A stretch of 64,000 nt of DNA from positions 10,349-74,348 of the forward strand of contig JBALUX010000001.1 of the NCBI GenBank assembly GCA_036963725.1. The letters are read 5' to 3'. The position numbers and the translations under genes are program-made. Position 1 is the first letter of the stretch. Every line of letters starts with the position of its first letter. This document shows positions 22,125 to 30,356 of this stretch, piece after piece. Origin of the DNA: Parasphingorhabdus sp. GTDB lineage: Bacteria; Pseudomonadota; Alphaproteobacteria; Sphingomonadales; Sphingomonadaceae. The notes beneath the pieces are model-generated. The model was given only the letters and a program-made list of their open reading frames with translations, did no database searches and had not been told where the DNA came from.

Positions 22125-22168
22125 GGAAGCGCTTCCCAAGGGCTGGCGCACTGCACCAGCCGGTTGAG

Positions 22169-22244
22169 GGGCCCTTAGCTCAGTCGGTAGAGCAACTGAC
22201 TTTTAATCAGTAGGTCGCTGGTTCGAACCCAGCAGGGCTCACCA
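22169..22244 (+). tRNA. tRNA-Lys (anticodon TTT)
   Basis: 76-nt cloverleaf: acceptor GGGCCCT/AGGGCTC, anticodon arm ACTGA-CTTTTAA-TCAGT, GTTCGAAC T-loop, encoded CCA. Confidence 0.97.
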
Positions 22245-22355
22245 TTCTAACTATTTCAACGAGTTATATTGGATGGTCGAGCGATTGTCTCTCACCATTG
22301 TCTCACAACATATTGTATATTGTACTTCAAAAAAAAATCCGCGCAATTCGCTATC

Positions 22356-23223
22356 TATCCGTCGTCAGATAATCCGCAAGTTCACCCGCAACCTAGTTTG
22401 GCCTGTTGTCACTGAGCAGGCGCGGTTTGTGCAGCACTTGCGCCGACGCACAGCCTGATGCTTCCAGAGCCGTCTCCAGTACCTGTGCCCGGACCTCGTT
22501 GGGGATCCGGTTCCCTGCCCGCTGGGAGTCGGAACGTCGATCTTCCAGCGCTTCTTCGCCAACGCGCTGATACAGATCATTGTAGCGGTAGATGATACGC
22601 AGGGCGACGCCCGGCCCGTCCAGCACCTGCTTGACGGGCAGATGGCTTCTCGACCAGCCTGATGTTCTCGAGCTTTTCTGATGCAGGACATCTCGTTCTT
22701 CGCCTTCGCCATCCCCGATCATGCTTTTTTGATCAGACGGTTCTCGAGCATCTGTTCAGCAGTCATTTCTTTCGGATCGCGGGCTTCCTTGCGAAGATAT
22801 CGAACCTCATCGCTATTGGCAGCGCGCGCCGTATTGCCAGTGAGCCTGCGCTTGGCATATAGCTCTCGCTATACCCCCGGCATTGCTGCGATGCCTCATT
22901 TCATAAGATTCTTCGACCATTTGTGATAGACCACCTGCACAATATCTCCACGGCGGCATAGCTTGGCAGTCCGATCCTCACCGCATGGTGATCGTGCTCG
23001 CTCATCCTCCGGATGGGTTGCGCTCTCACATCCAGCACGAGCCGCATCTTATCTTCCGCGCTATACTGCTTGTGGGTCGCTCTGCGGATACCTTTAACCT
23101 CCCGCTCCGCGGGGGCTTTCGAGTATTTTGCGTTTACTTCCGTTCCTTATAGTCACTGCAATGAAACCAAAACACTCACTTATTCTATGCTTTCAATCTG
23201 TCTATTGAAGGCTGACGGGGACA
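22356..23223 (-). pseudogene. Degraded, internally deleted IS3-family element
   Basis: OrfA fragments (KGIRRATHKQYSAEDKMRLVLD; KRRLTGNTARAANSDEV), A6G slippery site near 22724-22730, OrfB fragment (SHLPVKQVLD...EALEDR...NRIP...LLSDN), imperfect ends TGTCCCCGTCAG / TATCCGTCGTCAG. Confidence 0.75.
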
Positions 23224-23487
23224 GAAGGCGACCTCGTGAGGCACGCCCTGCGTTATCATGGTAGCTAGCTGCTGTGGGATAACTGTCCGGCTTTTGTCCG
23301 CCAACCAAATAACTTTTTGTTCGCCTTTAGAGCTTATCCAGCTTCAGCGTTCGTATGCACCAATGAATTAACGCTGAAATCTTTGTATCCTGTTCATTGC
23401 ATTCCGCCATAGATTGAACGATAGGACTTGATTTTTTACGCTTGTCGCTGAGATGCGCGTAACACCAAATATCGATAAGGGGCAAAA

Positions 23488-23766
23488 ATGTCATCAGTTC
23501 AAAATATAAAGATCAACCCGGATGTTATCTATCAAGAGGTTGAGGGTGAGGTCGTTTTGCTGAACACTGAAAGTGAGAAATATTTCGGGTTGGATTCTGT
23601 CGGAGCGAAATTTTGGGCGATCGCCAGCGAGACAGGCAATGTTAACGAGATCATAACACGGATGTATGATATTTTTGATGTTGAGAGAGATCGGTTGACA
23701 AACGATATCAATATCTTGATTAAAAAAATGATTGATGGCGGTGTGCTGAGCGGCTCTGCGGAATGA
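23488..23766 (+). CDS. PqqD-family RiPP recognition element (lasso B1/E)
   Basis: 92 aa; EGEVVLLN...YFGLDSVGAKFW...FDVERDRLTNDI...GVL. Confidence 0.9.
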   Translation: MSSVQNIKINPDVIYQEVEGEVVLLNTESEKYFGLDSVGAKFWAIASETGNVNEIITRMYDIFDVERDRLTNDINILIKKMIDGGVLSGSAE

Positions 23767-23820
23767 AGCGCTCAATTTGCGCTCTCGATATGAGCAAGCA
23801 TAATATTAAAAGGTAATAGT

Positions 23821-23991
23821 ATGAACAAGAATACGGAAATGCACGAAGGCACGAACAAGTCCGTCAAAGCGAAAGCTGGCTATCAAACTCCTGAATTCAA
23901 AGAATTTGGTGTGATCTCGAACATCTTTGGAGCAAACAGTGGCAACGGCTTCGACGGAAGCGGCGGCTTCCCGAATGATACACTGAGCTAA
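23821..23991 (+). CDS. Lasso peptide precursor (56 aa; absent from ORF track)
   Basis: Hand translation MNKNTEMHEGTNKSVKAKAGYQTPEFKEFGVISNIFG-ANSGNGFDGSGGFPNDTLS*; YxxPx(F)xxxG leader motif; Asp at core position 8; AAGGT RBS; lies between RRE and cyclase. Confidence 0.88.
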   Translation: MNKNTEMHEGTNKSVKAKAGYQTPEFKEFGVISNIFGANSGNGFDGSGGFPNDTLS

Positions 23992-24018
23992 GGTTGACGA
24001 GTTGATCGTCACTCTATC

Positions 24019-25866
24019 GTGACATTCATAAATTTTTGCGGAATATACGGCTCGCCCGATCTTGTTGGCGGGCCGTTTTCCGTTTTGGAACAATCGTTCG
24101 CAAATCCAAAAAAAGAAACCTGGGATAGCTTTAAGTCTCATGGTGGGTTTTCAGCCGGATATTGCAAACGCTTGTCCGCAAAGGGCAGCGAAGCAGATAG
24201 CCTGATTGGTCATTTTGAGAATATCAGTGTCATGTTTGTCGGATTGCTCCGGAACCGCCGCGAAATTGAAAGATATCTCGGCCGCAGCAAGCTCGAACTG
24301 AATGCCTGTTCCACCAGTCAATTTCTGGCAGTCGCTTATGACAAGATTGGTGAGCGCCTTTTCGAAATGATGACGGGCGAATTTTCTTGCATCATCTGGA
24401 ATAGTAAAACCAGAAATCTCCGGCTTGCGCGGGATAAATTTGGCCAATATCCGCTATTCTACATCCGGCATAAAAACATCTTGGCATTTGCCAGTCGTCC
24501 GGACAAATTCGGGGCAATAGGTGCACCGCCAGAAATCGAACTGGGCGATGTCGCGCGCTTGGCTGTGCCCGATTTCGCGCGGATTACCAATCGGCCCTGG
24601 TTTTTCAAAAAAGTGAAGGCCGTAAGGCCCGCTCATTTTGTGACTTTCAAGGGCACTGAAGAGACCGAGAAACGCTATTTTGAATGCCGGATCCGTCCAG
24701 AGGTAGCGAAGCTATCCGTGACCGAAAGCAATGAGCAGATGCGACATATTCTGCAAAACAGCGTAAATTCCTTTATCGGACTTAGCCGCAAACCCGCGAT
24801 ACTGTTTAGCGGTGGTCTGGATTCGTCAGCAACGGCGATGCTCGCCGCCGATCAATATGCAAATCCCGGACGATCGCTTTTAGCAATGACCAGTTCTGAT
24901 TTTAAAGCAAACGCTATATCATCGGACGATGATGCCGCATATGTCCTCGACTATGCGAAAAATCCGCAGATAGATCTGCACCTGGTGCGACCGGATGATG
25001 CTGCGGGGCCATTTACGGATATCGGTCAATTGATCGCAGACAATTATCGCCCCTTGCTGATGTCCACCCACTATCAGTATACGGCATTTGGCGAGCACGC
25101 AGCGGCCTATAATGTTGATCTGGTTCTGGACGGGGCCTTTGGCGAATTTGGCCCAAGCTACCATGGTAACGGCCTATTGCTGCAAGAATTCATGAAGGGC
25201 AAATTGGGCTGGGTCACAAGCAATTTGCTCCAACGCAGTGAGATATTCCAGCGATCTGTTTGGAAACAGACAAAACTTGATATTTTGTCCCCACTCAAAA
25301 GAGCTCTCTTAGAGGACGGATCACCATGGCAGGAATTTTTTCAACCGGGTTTCTTGGCCGATTATAAGGAAGACAATGTTGATAGAAAGCGGCAGGAAAG
25401 CATGTTGTCACACCATGAAACCCTGTTGGCAAATATCCAAAACTATGGTCGAGCAGGTTTTAGCCCCGGCTTTTTAGGGATAAACAGCAGCGCACAGCGG
25501 GTCTATCCGTTTCTGGACGAAAATGTGATTGAATTTGGCGTGTCAGCGTCAGCAAAAGCCCATATGCAGGACGGCTATTCAAGAGGCTTGCTCCGGGGCG
25601 CTATGGCACCTTATTGGACCGATAGACAGCGGACGCGAACAAGCAAATCTGCTTTCTCTCCTGACTTTTTTAACCGCTTTCAACGGCAACGCCCAATGCA
25701 ACAGGCCGATATCGCGGCAATAGCGAAAGGCGATCCGGTAAGGGAGATAATGGATATTGATCATATAGCCAGATTATTAAACCGCGATGATTTACCCATG
25801 GCCAAAGTACACCCCTTGGTCTCAGCTGTCTATATGACGATCTTTCTTCGGCAATGGATAATCTAG
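24019..25866 (+). CDS. Lasso cyclase (asparagine-synthetase-like, C protein)
   Basis: GEFSCIIW, ARDKFGQYPLFY, SGGLDSS, YPFLD; no N-terminal catalytic Cys; context. Confidence 0.88.
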   Translation: MTFINFCGIYGSPDLVGGPFSVLEQSFANPKKETWDSFKSHGGFSAGYCKRLSAKGSEADSLIGHFENISVMFVGLLRNRREIERYLGRSKLELNACSTSQFLAVAYDKIGERLFEMMTGEFSCIIWNSKTRNLRLARDKFGQYPLFYIRHKNILAFASRPDKFGAIGAPPEIELGDVARLAVPDFARITNRPWFFKKVKAVRPAHFVTFKGTEETEKRYFECRIRPEVAKLSVTESNEQMRHILQNSVNSFIGLSRKPAILFSGGLDSSATAMLAADQYANPGRSLLAMTSSDFKANAISSDDDAAYVLDYAKNPQIDLHLVRPDDAAGPFTDIGQLIADNYRPLLMSTHYQYTAFGEHAAAYNVDLVLDGAFGEFGPSYHGNGLLLQEFMKGKLGWVTSNLLQRSEIFQRSVWKQTKLDILSPLKRALLEDGSPWQEFFQPGFLADYKEDNVDRKRQESMLSHHETLLANIQNYGRAGFSPGFLGINSSAQRVYPFLDENVIEFGVSASAKAHMQDGYSRGLLRGAMAPYWTDRQRTRTSKSAFSPDFFNRFQRQRPMQQADIAAIAKGDPVREIMDIDHIARLLNRDDLPMAKVHPLVSAVYMTIFLRQWII

Positions 25867-25870
25867 CTAT

Positions 25871-26836
25871 ATGTTTTACTATCGTTGTTATGGGATAAAT
25901 CTGGCATCCGAGCATGCAATCACGCCGCTAGACAGTGTACAGAAGGAAACGGATGCACCTGGCAGTCTCAAGATTTTATGGTCATTTCCGCCCTTTGCCG
26001 ATGGGGAATGGACGATATTATCTGCGGGTCAATCACGCGATAAAAAGCGGATAAAGATCGCTAAGGGTCAATATAACGGGAATACCGTATACCGGTTTCA
26101 TCGCGATACCGTTCAGCTTGGCAATATATACAGCTATCTCGATCCGCTCCAACATACGCTTTGGTATGTTGCCGATGACAAGCTTAGCGACGGCGATTCA
26201 CATTCAGTCCTCGTAGGTGCTGTATTGGGTAGCTGTATCAGTTTTTCCGGCGCGCTTTGCCTCCATGCAAGTGCCGTAGAATGTAATGGCTCCGCTATAT
26301 TATTTTTGGGGCCGTCGGGGACAGGAAAATCAACAACGGCCTTGCACATGAGTCAGCATTTTGGCGGTAAGTTTATTACCGATGATATCGCCGTAATTCG
26401 CAATGATGGTGGCGTTTTAACTGTCGCACCGGGCTATCAAAAACTACGCGTGCTCCCAGAAGATGTCGCGCGCATCGACGCTCAGATATCTGATATCAAG
26501 GGTCCAGTTTACACCCATATGCCCAAAGCATATTTTGAAGTTGAGGCCGCCCATAATCCTGTTCCTGTTTCAATGATTGTCAGTTTAAATCGGTCTTTGA
26601 TGCACAAAGGCATTGTCTTTCATTGCAAAACGGGAGCGGAAGCTTTTGTTGACTGTATCCCCCATATTTTCAGCCGTGAAGCCTATGTGATTCCAGATGC
26701 GTTTTCGCAGCAGAATGCCAGCTTGAAGGCGTTGATTGTGCAATCTAAATATATCATCGCGGAGATGCCAAATGGTCATGAGCATATTGCAGATATTTGC
26801 ACAAAATTAATGGCGGCCCAAAATGACCCAAAATGA
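25871..26836 (+). CDS. HPr-kinase-like P-loop kinase (lasso peptide kinase type)
   Basis: LHASAV, GPSGTGKSTT, ITDD. Confidence 0.8.
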   Translation: MFYYRCYGINLASEHAITPLDSVQKETDAPGSLKILWSFPPFADGEWTILSAGQSRDKKRIKIAKGQYNGNTVYRFHRDTVQLGNIYSYLDPLQHTLWYVADDKLSDGDSHSVLVGAVLGSCISFSGALCLHASAVECNGSAILFLGPSGTGKSTTALHMSQHFGGKFITDDIAVIRNDGGVLTVAPGYQKLRVLPEDVARIDAQISDIKGPVYTHMPKAYFEVEAAHNPVPVSMIVSLNRSLMHKGIVFHCKTGAEAFVDCIPHIFSREAYVIPDAFSQQNASLKALIVQSKYIIAEMPNGHEHIADICTKLMAAQNDPK

Positions 26837-28037
26837 TTTAAGCGTCGATGCTTTCAAAGACGGTGAGGCGATTTTTGCACAATGGGTCTCGCCTATGTCT
26901 CTTGGCGACTTATTTACCGACATATGGGCAAAGCAAGCTCATCTTTTCACAGGCGGACCATCCGAAAAGCTTGATGGCCTACTGGATGAACAAGCAATTG
27001 ATGCTTTTCTGGGCGCGGATGTCTTGCCCGCCCATTATTTGAAAGTTGTAACTGCTGAGCATATCTTTGGCCGCCATCAATGGGCCACGCTCGACACTCG
27101 CCGTGATTTTGATGCAATTCATATTGTTGATCAGCGGCGGTTATTCGCCCTGTTCGGCAACGGTGCAACGATCATCATCGGTGCCGCGGAAGGTCATTTT
27201 CAGCCGCTCAAAGAATGTTGTGATGCGTTACAGGCCTTTTTTGGATTTCGGGTACAGGCCAACATCTATATTACGCCGCCAAACGCCCAAGGCCTGCCGG
27301 CGCATTATGATGACCATGATGTAATCGTCGCTCAGATCTCTGGTGAAAAAGACTGGTATATCCATGGCTGCCCGGTTTCCGAACCAACGTCGCAGCAAAG
27401 CTATCAAGGTGACAGAACCACAAAACATTCCGATAGTCAGATATATGGCCTTGCCAAAGGGGATATCTTCTATGTGCCGAGAGGCTGGATGCATGAGGCG
27501 ATATCGAAAGCCGGGCATTCAATTCACATAACCTTTGGGCTCCACCAACCTATGCTGTGTGATGTTGTCGCAGAGTTGGCGCAAAAGGCATCTGCCGATC
27601 AAGCCTTTAGATTGCGGCGCCCATTGCCGATTGCTTCGCAAGACGAACGGGTAGAATTCTCCCGGAAAATCAGTCAGCTTATAGAACATGCCAGCGCGAT
27701 GATGCCATATGGAGGAACCGTTGAGTCGAACCCCAGCACACCAAGTTTTTTGGAAGTTTTAGCAATTGAACACCTGACAATCGACAACTGGGTACAGGCA
27801 TCGCCAAACTGCCAACCAGCCATTACACATAATAACAATGAAATGAATATTGCGCATGGTACGCAGAGTATCACATTTCCGAAATTTTTGATGCCAATAG
27901 TGGATCAGCTTTTGTCCGGAATTCCGGTTCAAATTTCTAAACTGAGCGGCTTGGCAAACAGCAACGGGAAAATTGAAATTGCACAAAAAATGTTGCGCGC
28001 GGGCTTGTTAGAATTTTTTGACCAAGATGCTCCGTGA
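26823..28037 (+). CDS. JmjC/cupin-4 (ROX/YcfD-like) 2OG-Fe(II) oxygenase
   Basis: NIYITPP, AHYDDHDV (HxD), QISGEKDW, YVPRGWMHEA. Confidence 0.85.
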   Translation: MTQNDLSVDAFKDGEAIFAQWVSPMSLGDLFTDIWAKQAHLFTGGPSEKLDGLLDEQAIDAFLGADVLPAHYLKVVTAEHIFGRHQWATLDTRRDFDAIHIVDQRRLFALFGNGATIIIGAAEGHFQPLKECCDALQAFFGFRVQANIYITPPNAQGLPAHYDDHDVIVAQISGEKDWYIHGCPVSEPTSQQSYQGDRTTKHSDSQIYGLAKGDIFYVPRGWMHEAISKAGHSIHITFGLHQPMLCDVVAELAQKASADQAFRLRRPLPIASQDERVEFSRKISQLIEHASAMMPYGGTVESNPSTPSFLEVLAIEHLTIDNWVQASPNCQPAITHNNNEMNIAHGTQSITFPKFLMPIVDQLLSGIPVQISKLSGLANSNGKIEIAQKMLRAGLLEFFDQDAP

Positions 28038-29035
28038 TTGAAATTCGAGATACGATTACCGCAAAAACTGGCATGGTCCCTATCGGCGTCAATCATGAGA
28101 GCGGCTTGGTTTCATGGTATGATCTTGGCCACCATCATATATATGAAGGTTCTTACCAAAGGGCACTGTCTTCACACCAGGCGATAATGTCCATCCAATC
28201 ATCCCGGCCTCCAGATACGGCGATAACGACTAGGTTATTGGACATAATAGATATCAATATTGCCGAACGGGACCCAGACCTCTTTATATTCCATATGTCG
28301 CGTTGTGGCTCAACCTTGCTAACCAAAGCACTGGCGCAATGCAGGCGGAATAATGTGATAGGGGAACCCGGGGTGGTACTTCCCGCCATCCATTATCTGC
28401 GCATGCAAAATGCACAAGATGAAATGGTAAAGCGTTCGATGCGTAGCCTATTTTCGGCGCTGGGCCGTCAAAGGCTAGATACGCATGGAAATTACATCGT
28501 AAAACTATCATCACTTGAAACATTTGCCATCCCGATTCTGAAAGCGATCTATCCCGGTTCCAAGATGCTGTTTGTCTACCGCCATCCGGTTGAAGTGATC
28601 GTCTCAAACTTAAAGAAACCAGCTTCGTTTATAGGCCACAGGGTTAACCCGTGGCAGGCGAATGCTTTTGAGCAGGCAGCTGCTATGGATGATGCTGAAT
28701 ATCTGGCAGCACATATTGGTAACTGCATGGACGAAGCCCTGAGATCAGTGCATGAAGGCTTCTACGTGCTGGACTATGCAGATTTGACCGCTGAAAATTT
28801 TGGGACGATTTTGGATAAGCTCTGCCTCGCCTTCAGAGATGAAGAACAGCGCAACATGCAACGGCAATTCGAGCAATATTCCAAAAGTGACTTCAAAAAG
28901 CGACGCTTCATTCCCGACGGTGAAGAGAAGCGGAACTCGGCATCAGAAAAAGTACAAAAGCTATACGAAAGCAGACTGCAGGATCGGTATCATAGACTGC
29001 GCAACGCACCCAATAACCTGTTCAATCAGCCATGA
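28034..29035 (+). CDS. Sulfotransferase-like P-loop protein
   Basis: FIFHMSRCGSTLL (5'-PSB-like) and VYRHPVEVIVS (3'-PB-like). Confidence 0.7.
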   Translation: MIEIRDTITAKTGMVPIGVNHESGLVSWYDLGHHHIYEGSYQRALSSHQAIMSIQSSRPPDTAITTRLLDIIDINIAERDPDLFIFHMSRCGSTLLTKALAQCRRNNVIGEPGVVLPAIHYLRMQNAQDEMVKRSMRSLFSALGRQRLDTHGNYIVKLSSLETFAIPILKAIYPGSKMLFVYRHPVEVIVSNLKKPASFIGHRVNPWQANAFEQAAAMDDAEYLAAHIGNCMDEALRSVHEGFYVLDYADLTAENFGTILDKLCLAFRDEEQRNMQRQFEQYSKSDFKKRRFIPDGEEKRNSASEKVQKLYESRLQDRYHRLRNAPNNLFNQP

Positions 29036-29517
29036 TAGAAACGATCCAAAATCTGGCTTCTGCCTATTATGGTCCGATATTTTGTTTGGGGTTATTGGTT
29101 GTGTTCGCTTGGATCAGTTGGCGGGGTAGCAACGGCTGGCCACTCAATTGCTACCCTATGTTTGCCAGACAAATCTCCGTTGAAGAAGCTAGCGGTGTGA
29201 GGCTAGCACTCAAAAACCCGGACGGCACCATTAGCTGGTGGAATCCACCTTTTCATCGTTTGGTATGGCGGTTCAATCTGGAGTTCCAAAAAGCCGGAAT
29301 TAATCGGATAAATGACGAGGTTGAACCGAACAAGGATGTGCATAGCAAATTGTTCGAACGCGTAATTTCAGGTTTGACGGACAAGGAACTGGCCGAGACT
29401 GAAGCGCTATTGTTGATCTTTCGTGAAACCTCGATGGATTCTCATGGCAATTTATCCGTCGCCGATGCCATATTAGCCAGCTATCCTGTTCCGGTGTTTT
29501 CCGCGGGTGTTTCATGA
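29032..29517 (+). CDS. Membrane-anchored hypothetical protein (possible SdpA-like partner of HTTM protein)
   Basis: N-terminal TM then GWPLNCYPMFA; ATGA overlaps on both sides. Confidence 0.55.
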   Translation: MIETIQNLASAYYGPIFCLGLLVVFAWISWRGSNGWPLNCYPMFARQISVEEASGVRLALKNPDGTISWWNPPFHRLVWRFNLEFQKAGINRINDEVEPNKDVHSKLFERVISGLTDKELAETEALLLIFRETSMDSHGNLSVADAILASYPVPVFSAGVS

Positions 29518-30356
29518 CACCATTTTTCGAAACGGTCGGGATTAATCTAACGGCAATAGCAGCGGACATCTACTGCCTCTATTTGATCATAATCCTCGCG
29601 GCCTCTCTGCGCGTACATCATCGTTTTTTATACTATCCGCCAACCGCCATCTATCCTCGCGCGAGTAGGATAATGCGCCGTGTTCCCGTTCCCGACCTTG
29701 GCAATATAGGTACGCTGATCTTCCAAATCCTGTTGATAGTTTTGCTGCTGGCGGCGATTTTCACGGATGACCTGTTGAACCGTTTCTGTTTGGCAGGCGC
29801 CATTATCGTCTATTTTGGTGCTTTTTCCAAAGTTGAGGGTCTGGAGACCAACCGCCGCCAAACATATCTGATCCCAATTTATCTGTTCATATTTTTAATG
29901 TCACCGTCTGTTTCGTCCCCTTGGAATAGTGACGGTGTCTATTGGCCAATTTGGGCATTGAAGCTGGCGCTTTGTCAGATATACGTATCTGCAGCAGTGC
30001 AGAAGATCAGGCTTAACGGAGATTCTTGGGCCGGACAGGACTCATTCCGCATGCATCTACATCGTCTCGCGCTTTTCGAAAAACTGCCACTGGCAGAAAA
30101 ATTATCAGCTTATCCTGTGATATGCAGATTGATGGGACGCTTCATCATAATATTACAATCCAGCTTCTGGTTAATTTTGATTTTGCCTTGGGCAACGCCA
30201 ATCTATTTTGTGGCAGGCCTGATTTTTCACCTCGGCACGGCTATTTTTATGCGCATATATTATCTGAAATATATTTGCGGAGCCTATGCCATATTGTTGT
30301 TGGACAGCTTGTATTGGTGGATGCCCGCCGAGCGATTGGGAGCGTGGTTTGCTTAG
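29514..30356 (+). CDS. HTTM-like (SdpB/VKGC-related) polytopic membrane protein
   Basis: Multiple TMs; QIYVSAAVQKI...W and GLIFHLGTAIFMRI resemble HTTM motifs. Confidence 0.6.
   Translation: MTPFFETVGINLTAIAADIYCLYLIIILAASLRVHHRFLYYPPTAIYPRASRIMRRVPVPDLGNIGTLIFQILLIVLLLAAIFTDDLLNRFCLAGAIIVYFGAFSKVEGLETNRRQTYLIPIYLFIFLMSPSVSSPWNSDGVYWPIWALKLALCQIYVSAAVQKIRLNGDSWAGQDSFRMHLHRLALFEKLPLAEKLSAYPVICRLMGRFIIILQSSFWLILILPWATPIYFVAGLIFHLGTAIFMRIYYLKYICGAYAILLLDSLYWWMPAERLGAWFA

Noticed and set aside
23806-24141. 111-aa minus-strand ORF between RRE and cyclase
   Set aside because: Antisense to the lasso precursor and cyclase start; the plus-strand 56-aa ORF has an RBS, leader motif and correct context.
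24019-25866. Housekeeping asparagine synthetase (asnB)
   Set aside because: Lacks the N-terminal catalytic Cys and is flanked by RRE, precursor and B2, so a lasso cyclase fits better.
30286-30348. Cys-rich N-terminus (MPYCCWTAC...) of the 1067-aa ORF
   Set aside because: Overlaps the upstream gene in another frame; likely an artefact of longest-ORF start choice.
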